Shown here piece by piece: positions 1 to 12,384 of a DNA stretch of 64,000 bases. The first letter of the stretch is position 1. Every line of letters begins with the position of its first letter. This DNA comes from Octopus bimaculoides (taxonomy: Eukaryota), in assembly GCF_001194135.2 (NCBI RefSeq), contig NC_069002.1, positions 8,797,990-8,861,989 on the forward strand, written 5' to 3'. The notes below the pieces were generated by a model. The model searched no databases, was not told the DNA's origin, and was given only the letters and a program-made list of their open reading frames with translations. The translations under genes and the position numbers were made by a program.

Positions 1-29
1 TATGCATATACATGTATACATATAAAAGA

Positions 30-79
30 TGGGATTCTTTCAGTTTCTGTCCACCAAATCCACCCACGAGGCTTTGGTC
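30..79 (-). mobile_element. SINE family A (CORE-like) fragment
   Basis: Reverse complement of gaccaaagcc..gtgggtggatttggtggacagaaactgaaagaa, matching the fuller copies at 3637-3792 and 6857-7025. Confidence 0.7.
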
Positions 80-559
80 TTATTGATTTTTTTTTTGATT
101 TTTTTTTTTTATTACAATGAAAATTTGAAGAGAGGCCATTCCGCAAAAATAATTAAACAACTATAGAAAATTAACTCTCAACTTAAACAGGAAGAAAATC
201 TTTAATTAATGGTATTGTAATTAGGTGTGAAACTTCAAGAGATATAACAAGGATGGAACTGGAAATTGGTAATTCTAACGTGCATGTGCGATTGCGTACA
301 TGTATGTGTATGTCAGCCTATGTGCAATTGTGTATATGCATGCTTTTTTTTGTGTGTGTGTGTGTGTGTTTGCTTTTTGTTGTTGATTTTTCAGAGATAT
401 TGTTTGAAAAAAATATCCTGAAGTGATTATAACAAATGACAGAAATATATTTCACCATTTTCTTTATAAGAATATCATACTTTGGTTCTGGTCTTAAGAA
501 TTATGTTTTTTAAATGCGTTTTCTTATTAAGAAGTTTATGTCTAATATAGTATTTTATG

Positions 560-770
<211 letters not shown>

Positions 771-1620
771 TATCTTTGTGTATGAGTCTGCGCATTTATG
801 ACTGTATGTGTGTGCAAATTTGTGCATGTGTGTGTGAGCCTGCGTATATATTAATGTGTATATATGTAATTGTGTGTTTGCATTCATCAAAGGAAAAATC
901 AATCATTTCACTAATCTTTTATTATCTTTTCCTTCTTGTTGTTCTTTCTCCTCTTTTTCCTTTTCGTCTTCTACTTCTTTTCGTCATCCTCTTCCTCCTC
1001 CTCCTCCTTCTCCACAACTCCTCTCCTCTTCCATAACCAGACTTATTCACACAAACGCACCACAAATTGAAGTCGAAACCCAGTAAAGCAGATCTAACTG
1101 TCTAATACAGACGACCTGAAGTGGAAAAATATATTTAAGCAAAGCAGAAAGAGTTGCTTTTCTATGACGGTTATCGATTAAGTCACGTGAAGAGATTTCG
1201 ATTTGTTTCTTCTTGTTATTCATCCTCTTTTTCTTCTTCTTAAGGTCCGTTCTGTGAAAAGTACCGATGTGGATGGAATAATCAATGAATGAGAGTTTAT
1301 GGAGAGGAACAACAATGGTGCTTAACTTGAAAGAAATAATCAGAGCTCCGATATGAATAAAATAATAATAAAAAAAAGAATGCGAAAAAACATTAGAGGA
1401 ATCACTATATTTGGAGTTTGATAGGAACAAACTATTTTAGCGAGATATAATATAGGCTATTATATTTTATTGTAGATTCAAAAGCAAATCTAAAAATATA
1501 TCCTACCACGATATATCATATACTATTGGTTTAAAAAAAATCAAAAGTAAAGAAGTGAAATGGTGACAAAACTGGACAAAAAAGCGATCGGTCAGTATTT
1601 CTTCGCCCCCAAAATATCGA

Positions 1621-1790
1621 TTTCAAATTTTGGCACAAGGCCAGCAATTTTGGGGGAGTGGGTAAGTTGATTATATTGACCCCAGTGTAGAATTGTTACT
1701 TATTTTATCGACCCCGAAAGGATGAATGGCAGAGTCGACTCCGGTGAAATTTGAACTCAGAACGTAACGACGAACGAATAAAATCATAAT
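1621..1790 (-). mobile_element. SINE family C copy
   Basis: ggcacaaggccagcaatt...tcgaccccgaaaggatgaa..gtcgac..tttgaactcagaac; the same string recurs more than 15 times in the window. Confidence 0.85.
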
Positions 1791-2055
1791 CAACTGATTC
1801 CTGTATTTTCTTTGACGCAAAGCCAGGTACTTTTCAGCGCCGCCCCCACCACCCGTAAATGGGATCATATTCCTATTTTATCATAAAGTTAGAATAATAA
1901 GGCCGTTGCGAAGCTAGAATACAATATTAACTGAGCCTTCAAAACTCTACTCACTAACTTCATAATTTTATACTTGATGGTTGTAAGTAGTGGTAGCACT
2001 CTGGTCGTGATGGGTATTTCGTTGACCAGGCAATTGATCCTTCATCTTCCATTTT

Positions 2056-2260
2056 TTTTATCTTTTACTTGTTTCAGACATTTGACTGCAGCCGTGCTGG
2101 GGCACCGGCTTCAAGAATTTTAGTCTAACATTTCGATTCTAGTACCCTATTTTTAAAGTCTGGTACTTAACCTATTGTTCCTGCTTTGTTGAACAAAGCT
2201 AAGTTACAAAGACATAAACAAACACCAGTTGTCAAGCGTTGGTGTAGGACGAACACAGCA

Positions 2261-2265
<5 letters not shown>
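2056..2265 (-). mobile_element. 3' half (B segment) of composite SINE A/B, followed by (CA)n
   Basis: cttttacttgtttcag.catttgactgc.gcc.tgctgg.gcacc...gttgtcaagcg, similar to 3398-3600. Confidence 0.75.
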
Positions 2266-2311
<46 letters not shown>

Positions 2312-2719
2312 TTATAACTTAAGGCGAATAATTATATTGTGGTCAAATAATAACTTTATAAACGAACGAAGAAAACATTGCAACATTTCCAAACCGACGT
2401 GCCAAAATGGCGAACCGTAACTTCAATTGTCCACGATGCAAAATGAACAGTCTGTTCCACAGTCAGTGTGCTAAGGCGAAGAGAGTAAATCTACAACAAT
2501 GAGTCGATGTATATCTAATGTCACCTGATAGAGTCAATAAAACGTCCCTTCGGACAAATCGACGTAAGCTTAAATAATAAATGATGTGGGCGTGAAGAAC
2601 ATCACATGTTAAAATCGTGTCCGTTGACTGGATGACACTTAATAAAGAAGCTTTGTGTCGAGACAACTGGAGTTGTCTCACACACACTCATATCATTCAG
2701 AAACAATATACAGCCTCTT

Positions 2720-3345
2720 GTTTCTTCTCTCCATTTTTCACCTCGTCTCTCTTTTCTCTCTTAACAAATTGTCTTGTTTAATTATTGGCAATAATCAGCG
2801 TTGATCTCCGCCGCTGACAGATGGCATCACAACATACAATAACCAGTGGGTGATTTTGTGACCATAGTTGTCACTGTTGTGCTTACTTGAACAAAGCATT
2901 TTCATAAATTTGTCCTAAACGTCCATCTTTGTTTTCAGATTTTTAGTTAACCCCTATTGCTTACATTTTAAGTCAATAAAGCTTTACTTCCATAAATCCT
3001 AAGTTACTCCGGTGGCTGACAAAAATTCGGAATATGCATCATATATGATGCATGACTGCCAGGGAAATATGTAGAAATATGTCCTGCATATCACATGCGA
3101 TACGCAGGAGAGGCAAAGGATTAAACTAAGATTGAGGTTTATTCGCTTCTGATCCTTCCTTTGCCCAAAGCATTTTCATTATTCTAACCGTCTATGCTTG
3201 TTTTCAGATTGTTGTTTAGCCCTTGTTTCATGCGTTCTGAGTAATATAAAGCTATCTTTTCTAAGTACCAAATTACCCTAATGATTGAAAAAAATCATGT
3301 CCAGCAAGTTCGCCGTCATTATTTCACCGCAGGGTAAGTTCACTG
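2720..3345 (+). repeat. Left arm of diverged inverted duplication (partner 3795-4230)
   Basis: 2755-2835 equals the reverse complement of 4120-4200 with 5 mismatches in 81 nt; weaker colinear matches near 2850-2880, 3165-3200 and 3305-3342. Confidence 0.85.
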
Positions 3346-3397
3346 TCAGCAATTCCCTGTTCTGAGGGTTTCAAGTAAAATAGTTTTTAACTATTAA

Positions 3398-3605
3398 TCT
3401 TTTACTTGTTTCAGTCATTTGACTGCGGCCATGCTGCAGCACCACCTTTAGTCGAGAAAATCGACCCCAGGACTTATTCTTTGTAAGCCTAGTACTTATT
3501 CTATCGGACTCTCTTTTGCTGAACCGCTAGGTTACGGGGACGTAAACACACCAGCATCGGTTGTCAAGCGATGTTGGGGGGACAAACACAGACACACAAA
3601 CACGC

Positions 3606-3636
<31 letters not shown>

Positions 3637-3792
3637 TACGACTGGCTTCTTTCAGTTTCCGTCTACCAAATCCACTCACAAGGCTTTGGTCGGCCCAAGG
3701 CTATAGTAGAAGACTCTTGCCCAAGGTGCCACGCAGTGGGACTGAACCCGGAACCATGTGGTTGGAAAGCAGGCTACTTACCACACAGCCAC
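3398..3792 (-). mobile_element. Full-length composite SINE: tRNA-like head with CORE-like segment, internal (TA/TG)n, B tail
   Basis: On the minus strand: gtggctgtgtggtaag (A-box-like), ggttcagtccc (B-box-like), gcaccttgggcaag (CORE-like start), microsatellite, then tail ending gaaacaagtaaaaga; same layout at 36960-37315. Confidence 0.9.
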
Positions 3793-3794
3793 CG

Positions 3795-4230
3795 GTAAAC
3801 TTTCCTCGCTGTGAACTTACTTCACGGTGAATTGATGGCGGTGATCTTACCTGTAATCGAAAAAAATAGTTAAGAATGTGCATCGTATGTAATGCATGGA
3901 CGCCAAGGATATATGCGTTTTACATGTAATACACAAGACAGGCAGAAGGTTAAATGGAGAAGGAAATGCTATCATTCCACATAAGAGTGCAGAAAGATAC
4001 AGTATTGGTTATTAGGGGAGGTAGGGTGAGAGAACAAACAAAGAAAACGAAGCTGAAAAATTAAACAACACGCACGACAGCAGTAACAACTGCAGCCACA
4101 AAAACTTTCGCTAGTTGATATATTGTAATGCCATCTGTCGGCGGCGGAGATCAACGCTGATTATTGCCAATAATTATACAAGACAATTTGCTAAGAGAGA
4201 AGAGGTTAAAAATGGAATGGAGAAATAAGA
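3795..4230 (-). repeat. Right arm of diverged inverted duplication (partner 2720-3345)
   Basis: See left arm. Confidence 0.85.
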
Positions 4231-4639
4231 AAAATAAGAAAAAAAATAATGGACATTGTTTCTGAATAACTGTGTCAGTTCTATTGTGGCAGATCATCAA
4301 TAAATTGAGTAGGAGTGGAGTAGAATGGTGGTGGTGTTCGTCGTCATTCTTGTGGTGCTGGCGGTTCCGGTGCTGGTGGTGCCGGTGGTGGTTCTCTTGC
4401 TAGCGGTCGTCGACGTCGTCGTCGTTATTATAATCGTTGTAGTCGCCGTCGTCATCATTGTCCAGAGAGGTTAGAGTGTTTCCGTGTTTATCTTTGCTTC
4501 GTTAATCACTAATAAATGAATTAATTACCTCTGTAAAGGTAAATTGTAATAAAAGTAGAATAGATTTAGCGGAGGTGACCGCTAGGGGAAGCTGTCGGAA
4601 CCTCATACGTCACAGCTGACACTACCACAATTGTTGTTA

Positions 4640-4686
4640 CTAACACTACTACCACCACCACTACTACAACCACTACAACTACTACG

Positions 4687-4755
<69 letters not shown>

Positions 4756-4790
4756 TTTACTATTACTACTACTACTAGTGTTGGTGTTCT
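4640..4790. repeat. (TAC)n(TGC)n trinucleotide tract
   Basis: Directly visible. Confidence 0.97.
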
Positions 4791-4802
4791 GTCTTTTACT
4801 CA

Positions 4803-4945
4803 TTGTTGTCTGGTTAAGAAGTTCGCTTTGTAAACACGTGGTTTGGGGTTCAGCCCCATTGCGAGGCACCTTGAGTAAGTGTCTTCTACTATGGCCCCGA
4901 GTTGACCAATGACTTCTGAGTGAATTTGGTAGACGGAAACTGAGC
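4803..4945 (+). mobile_element. SINE family A head, diverged
   Basis: ggttcagccccattgcgaggcaccttgagtaagtgtcttctactat...ttggtagacggaaactga. Confidence 0.8.
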
Positions 4946-5604
4946 TTTATATATGAGTGTGTGTAAATAAGGTTTTCTGCTTTGTCATATTATAAAACAG
5001 CAACGCAATTTGATTTCCATATTTCAGTCTTATTTTCTGATAAAATTCTTTTATTTATCTCATTCAAATTGATCAATTATGTATTTTTCTATATTAATTA
5101 ATTAACTATTTTGGGTGGTGACCTTTGTATTTTAGCTGCGGAAATAGCTGCAGAATTTACGAATGAAATTTTGAAATACCAGAGAGATTTTTGTATTTTC
5201 GGATCTGTGTTCGTGTGTGTGTGTGTGTGTGATATGTATATGTATGCGTGCGTGTGGTTGTGTATTTGCGTGTGTGTAAGTGAAGTAACAAAGAAATGAA
5301 GACGGAGAGCTTCTTAAAATGCATAAACGGAAAGTTTAATGACCTTTATATATTTGAGGTACAAAGCCCATCAGATGTGAACGAGATAAACAAACGAAGT
5401 GCTGTGCTGAAAACTCAACATGACCGGATCTGTATAAGCTCACAGTTCTTTGTTCTGTTCATTACTGATGATGGGCCTTTCTGCTTGAAATATACAAAGG
5501 TTACGAAACTTTTCCGTGTTCACATCGTATGGTGTTCTCCGCCTTCATTATTTTGTTATTTCACATCTGAATTACAACGCTTCTAGCAAGCTACAACGCT
5601 CTTC

Positions 5605-5636
<32 letters not shown>

Positions 5637-6047
5637 NNNNNNNNNNNNNNNNNNNNNNNNNNNNNNNNNNNNNNNNNNNNNNNNNNNNNNNNNNNNNNNN
5701 NNNNNNNNNNNNNNNNNNNNNNNNNNNNNNNNNNNNNNNNNNNNNNNNNNNNNNNNNNNNNNNNNNNNNNNNNNNNNNNNNNNNNNNNNNNNNNNNNNNN
5801 NNNNNNNNNNNNNNNNNNNNNNNTATATATATCGTAATTTATTTCTCCATCCAACATAGCCCTTAATCCTTCAATAACATGAAAGAGACCAGTAAATAAT
5901 GTGTTTCTGTATAGCGACAATTTCGTCTTAATAGGTTTTGGTGAACTCTGTAAAGAAAGGCAAATTGAAATACAAACAACGATATTTTTCCGCTAGCTGT
6001 GACATTTCTTACATTTCTCTCTCTTTCTCTCTCTATTCCTCTTTCTT

Positions 6048-6086
<39 letters not shown>

Positions 6087-6530
6087 ATCAATTCAATTTT
6101 CATCTCCTTGTTTTCATTCTTGTTCACTCTTTTTTTCTTTCTCTATCTCCCTCTCTTTCTCTCTTTCTCTCTCTCTCTCCCTCTCTTTATCAATTCAATT
6201 TTCATCCCCTCGGTTTCATTCTTGTTCACTCTCTTTTCTTTCCCTATCTCTCTCTCTTTCTCTCTTTCTCACTCACTCACTCACTCATTCCATCTTACAA
6301 CTTTTCCCCCTCTTTCTCCTCTATATGCTTCTCAATCTCTTTGTTTTTCTTCATCCCTAACTTATTTTTCATCGTCTCATTTCCTTCTTCTCACTTTCAT
6401 TTTTCTCTTTCAGTCCTTTTCCTTTTCATTTCTACCTTTCTTTCATTCTTTTTCTATTTTTTCCCTTCACTTTACCCCATTCCATTCTTTCCCTTTCCAT
6501 TTTAGTATAGCTCTTCCGTTTTACGTTCCT

Positions 6531-6587
<57 letters not shown>

Positions 6588-6826
6588 CTATCTCTATCTC
6601 TCTCTCATTCTCTATCCAGTTCCATCTTGTTCACTCTCACCTCGATCTTTTCTTCCCCAATAAATTCTTTGACAATTTCATCAAAACGTAACAACAGTTT
6701 TGGACACACAGACAGACAAGCTTGCCATTTATGGATGTTTGCATCTAACAAAATGTTGTTTACATACTGTCAAAAATAATGTTCCACTTCTACAACTGAA
6801 TAACAAAAGAATTTCCCGATTTTGTT

Positions 6827-6856
<30 letters not shown>

Positions 6857-6857
<1 letters not shown>

Positions 6858-7025
6858 AGCACAGGCGTGGCTGTGTAATGAGAAGCTTGCTTCGCAATCA
6901 CACAGTTCTGGGTCCAGTCCCATTGCGTGGCAAATTGGGCAAGTATCTTTTACTATAGCCTTGAGTCGACCAAAGCCTTGTGAGTGGATTTGGTAGGCGG
7001 AAACTGAAAGAAACCCGTAGTATAT
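6857..7025 (+). mobile_element. SINE family A head running into (TA)n and a gap
   Basis: gtggctgtgt..gcttgcttc..cagtcccattgcgtggc..ttgggcaagt..gaccaaagccttgtgagtggatttggtaggcggaaactgaaag. Confidence 0.88.
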
Positions 7026-7041
7026 ATGTGTGTATGTACCC

Positions 7042-7079
<38 letters not shown>

Positions 7080-7395
7080 NNNNNNNNNNNNNNNNNNNNN
7101 NNNNNNNNNNNNNNNNNNNNNNNNNNNNNNNNNNNNNNNNNNNNNNNNNNNNNNNNNNNNNNNNNNNNNNNNNNNNNNNNNNNNNNNNNNNNNNNNNNNN
7201 NNNNNNNNNNNNNNNNNNNNNNNNNNNNNNNNNNNNNNNNNNNNNNNNNNNNNNNNNNNNNNNNNNNNNNNNNNNNNNNNNNNNNNNNNNNNNNNNNNNN
7301 NNNNNNNNNNNNNNNNNNNNNNNNNNNNNNNNNNNNNNNNNNNNNNNNNNNNNNNNNNNNNNNNNNNNNNNNNNNNNNNNNNNNNNNNNNNNNNN

Positions 7396-7448
<53 letters not shown>

Positions 7449-8100
7449 CTTTATCTTCATAGTGCTATGTAAGAAAGTTTTATAGCAAGTTTGATGTCTC
7501 AAAGTTACATTATTATATGAATTGTGACAGGCATATCTATGTGTGTGTATATGTATGTGTGTGTGCATGCCTCTGTGTGGGCAGTCTCTGTGGCTCTGTG
7601 TTTCTGTGCCAATATGAGTATGTGTATGCACGTGTATTTTATAGCATTGTTGCCTGACCAATCGTATTAAACTATGACAATTCTTCTTGAAGCAGGAAAA
7701 AAACACAAACATTGGTATAAAATAAGTTTGCGTTGTAGAGTGTAATAAAAAAAAAACTATTTATTCCATTTGTATCGTAAAATATGAGGAAATTCAGGAA
7801 GCAAGAAGCTCCGCCCCACATGTCTGTGTATGTGTGTGTGTTAGTGTGTGTGTATTAGTGTGTGTGTGTTAGTGTGTGTGTGTATGTTAGTGTGTGTGTG
7901 TTAGAGTGCGTGTGTACATATATAAACGCAAATCATGAACGTATATGTGTTTGTGTTTATTGCAATAATGTGAAAATGTGTAGGCGTGTTTACATGTATT
8001 TTTGCACAGACACCAACACACATTAACGAATCTTCATACCCACGCATACACATGTCTGTGCATATTTGTAGACACGTACATTATATATACACATATACTC

Positions 8101-8145
<45 letters not shown>

Positions 8146-8750
8146 TATAACGAAACATGAAGTGCAGTTGGTTTCTGGTCGTCTCAACCTCTGTTGTGCC
8201 GCTGGTTTTATAAGTGAATGCACACAAATGTGGCTTCAATGCTGAGCAAAACTTTATTCACTTAAAATAAATTCACGCAGAATTTCTGGGAATCTCGGAA
8301 CGTTTGCAGGAAAGTGGCTTTACTTGGTCATGAACTGACTTCCACCACACACACACACACACATACACATATATATATATATATGTACATATATATGGTT
8401 GAGGAGGGTATTGGATTTAACCAAACCCAAAATGGATACAGGTAATACCGAGTAAGTGCTGTATACCGACTAGTTTTGCCCCAGTCCTTGTATGAACAGG
8501 ATTGGGGACTATAAGTCGTGTATTAGCGTGTGCATATATAAATATATAAAAGGATAAAGAGAGCAATGGTAAGGTTGGAAATATATTTTATGGATATTTA
8601 TATATATGTATGTGTATATATGCATGTATACACATATATGTGTACGCATATGGACATATATATATATGTGTAAATATAGAAGTATATATATTTATATATG
8701 AATGTATATATATGTGTGTGTGTATACATATAAACGTGTGTGCATCTATG

Positions 8751-8816
<66 letters not shown>

Positions 8817-8838
8817 CATACATACATACATACATACA

Positions 8839-8869
<31 letters not shown>

Positions 8870-9699
8870 GTGTGTATGTACCCTATATTGTCGTGTATCT
8901 TTATGTGGCGTTTTGATCAGAGGATTTATATTCGAAATATCTCAAAACAACGAAGTAAATCATTTAGAAAATTTTACATGATTTAACTTCGATTATCTGT
9001 CAAAATAATTTCGGATGCCTTAATCTGTCAATAGATTTCAGAAAGCGAAATCATCAAAAACCCATAAATTTTTCCGTTCCCTAAAAAAACAAACGATGTA
9101 ATATTTTTATCATCATCATCATCATCATTATCATCGTCATCATTATTATTATTATTATTATTATCATTATTATTATTATCATCATTATTATCTTTATTAT
9201 TATTATTGTATTTGTTGTTATTGTTTCTTTTGTAATGTGCAAAAGACAAAAATAAACTTTTTGATGAATCGATTAACAAGTTGATATAAACATTATATTG
9301 ATCATTCTATCCACCCGCCCTCACTCAAAAAAAAAATGAATTTTCAAACTGCATTCAAAAGACGATGATAATTAGTAATTAGTAATGTTTTACAATGAAG
9401 AGGAGGTATATATTGATTAATTAAATCATTTATTGATTTCTTGATTGATTTTAATTGATAAACCCACCACCGTCTCTACTGGAAGGATAAAAAGCCTGCG
9501 TTGATCTCGGTGGTATTTGAATTCAAAATGCAAAACCATCGCAAGCGAAATTAGCCAAGCATTTCGTCTGAGGTTCTGAGTTTCTGCTATGGAAACTAGC
9601 GTTTATTGATTCCTTGGATTTGGGTTCAATTTGTCCCAAGATCACAGTGGAAAACCCTTTTTCTTTTTTTGCGTGTATGAGACAGTGCTGCTGAAACTG

Positions 9700-10200
9700 T
9701 AATAGCTGCTACTTCAAACACGTCTAATTGGCTACGGCTATTTCGTTCAGGACGAATGGAATTGCGGGATCATAGAAATCGTTTGAGCGCCCGCTCGATA
9801 GAACGGTGGTGCCAGGCTGCTTCTAAAGGAAAATAGTTGAATGCCTTAAAGCTGGAACCATAACCGGATCCCGAGTTGTTTTTCAAAAGCATCTCAACCT
9901 TAAGGTGCGTGTCTTAGTTCGGCGCATGCCGTCCGCCCGCCAAGCACTCCCCGTGGAGCTGGCCAATCATTTGATACCCTCACTTACCTTTTCTCTCTTG
10001 TTTTTCCATACCATCTTGCCTCTATCCGCTTCGCAGAGCCCCGTACTAATGCCCTTTTTTACAGTCCTTACATTTGAGAAGTTATTGTGCTGAGATTCTT
10101 TCCCTGTTAAAATTGTATCTCTAACCCTCAACTCAGTTCTCATCGGTGCGAAGATCAGCAACATCGCAACATCTCGAGTTGGTCCCTCCATGACAAACTA
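9700..10200 (-). mobile_element. Degenerate LINE fragment, probably the C-terminal part of a CR1-type AP endonuclease
   Basis: Minus-strand peptide EGPTRDVAMLLIFAP..ELRVRDTILTGKESQHN resembles the CR1 motif EPTRG.ALLDL.F....LV.DV...G.SDH as I recall it; region is GC-richer than its flanks. Confidence 0.5.
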
Positions 10201-10627
10201 TCAAAAGCGATAAGACAGACAATTCTTTAAAATTCCAATCAGCAAAAACTGGATCGTAATGGATCTTTCGCCACCTTGATAACAATTTGTTATCACTGTT
10301 TAAATTTACCAGTTATCAAAGGTGCAAAGTAATTACGCACAAAATATAGATTTGGTTTGCTTCCGTTTCATCTAGTTTGGTTTTGTGGAGGTAACCTCTA
10401 TCTGGTAGATAATTTCTCCAGTGGTGAATAGTTAAGCGTAGTCGTGCTGGGATGTCTGCATGCTACTGGTATGACTGCATGCAGAGTTTAACTACCGTTT
10501 ACTCGGTTGATCTGATTGTTGATTTTCCCTTATCGATGCTACTGTTGTAAAATATTGTTTGTGTATTTGCATATCTACACACACACACACATGAATGTGT
10601 GCGTGTCTGCGTGTGTGTATGTGTGAT

Positions 10628-10674
<47 letters not shown>

Positions 10675-11773
10675 AAGAGAGAGAAGAGAGAAGAAAGAGA
10701 ATATGAGAGAAAATAATGAAGGAGGAGAAAAGAAATGCGGGGATAGATAGGATGAATGATAGATTTAAAATGTTAAGTTCGCGTATTCCGGAAATGGTGT
10801 TTTTATGTCCGGAACTAAAATATTTCTGTCAGATTTTTGTCTAAAGTTGTAAAATGGGATGAACATAACACTTGATAACTGGCATTAATGACAAAATTTT
10901 CTCTTTAATAACAAAATAACTTTTAATTATCTATTGCAACATTTACTTTCATTGAATAAATATTGATTGTATGTGAATATGTGTGTTTGTACGCGCGTGA
11001 TTGTATGTGTGTGTTTATGAATGCGTATGCGTATGGTTCCTTCTGTTTGTGTCTGCTGGACTTTCAGACGCTTTTGGTTCCTAACACACACACAGCTATC
11101 TATCAATCTATCTACGTACCTGCTTATCTATCTATCTATTTGTCTATCTATCTATCTATCTGTCTGTCTGTCTGTCTGCCTGTCTGTTTGTCTGTCTGTC
11201 TGTCTATCTACTTATCTATGTACATATTTATCCATCTAACTATCTACCTATCTATCTCTCTATTTATCTATCTAACTATCTATCTATCTATCTATCTATC
11301 TATCCGTCAATCGTTTTATCTATCTATCTGTTTTTCTCTCAGAGCTGTGATGGTATCAGAAGTGAAACTTTTCAACAGAGTCTATTGGTGTACTTTTTTT
11401 CTGCTTTTTCCTCGTGGTGATGTCTTTTATCCGATGAGTCAAAAACAAAGGTTTTTGTAACACCAGTAAATGAGCGGTTTTTTTGCCGTGCTTCTACTTT
11501 CTGTTGCTTCTAATTTTATTGTCGTTAGTGTTGTTGTTGCTGTTCCAGCTGCTGCTGCCGCTGTTCACATTGCTTGTTATCGATGTTATTGTAATGGCCT
11601 CATTATTACTGCTATATTTTGTCGGGTACTAGAGCGGTTGCGGTAGAAATGAATTCCTCTCGGCGACATGCTGCTCCGCTTCACATATCGTTGCTTCGCC
11701 AGTTATAGTTTCCGTTGTCATTGCTACTGCTTGATGCTCCTGTTGCTGTTGCTGCTGATACTGCTGCTGCTGG

Positions 11774-11811
<38 letters not shown>

Positions 11812-12348
11812 TAATTAATGCTCCTAGTGTTACTGGTCTTTATTACAGTTATGATGCTCTCCGGTGGGAGATATTGACAGTGAACGACAGTTTCACCTTC
11901 AAAGCCATCTTTCATTTTCTTCTCTTGCTGATCTGACGGTAAAGATGAAAGTGAGGAAATCATTTTTGTTTTTTCAAAGGTTGCCCTGTGTGGCAAGTAA
12001 CAAAAGAAGGCTTGCGAGTCTCGTACACTCCAGGAAAGCTACGCTTAATAACAAGATCTAACAAGAAAATTAACAAATAAAACCCTCTGGAAAAGAAAAC
12101 AAGACTTCTAAATCAAAGGTTGTAAAATACATTCAAAAAGCGCTGAAAAAGTGACACTGATAATTCTAATATAAATTAGTGAGCGTGCGTGTCTCTGTGC
12201 GCGCGCACTGGTGTATGTGTGTGTGTGTGTGTGTGTGCGAGTGTGAGTGTGTGTGTGTCTTAATTACTGGACAGAAAACGAAGACAACACGCGTGGTTCG
12301 TTTTGACAAATGTCGTATTTGTTCAAAACATAAAAGAGGGAAAGATGT

Positions 12349-12384
12349 TCTTGACATTTTGGACACTGGACCTTCGTCAGAAAA
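12349..12384 (-). ncRNA. CpG-decayed minimal hammerhead ribozyme motif
   Basis: Minus strand tttt-CTGACGA-aGG-tccagtgt-CC-aaaatgtc-aaga; restoring two CpGs gives ccGAAACGTC, a canonical core. Confidence 0.45.

Noticed and set aside
1040-1120. Minus-strand acceptor TTTTCCACTTCAG followed by VVCIRQLDLLYWVSTSICGAFV-stop
   Set aside because: An isolated acceptor with no recognisable protein or partner exon; expected by chance in 64 kb
8150-8215. TATAAAA on minus followed by GC-richer sequence
   Set aside because: A single common motif in AT-rich DNA with no downstream exon support
8479-8510. Hairpin ccccagtcct / aggattgggg
   Set aside because: A 10-bp stem is too short for a pre-miRNA and there is no other support
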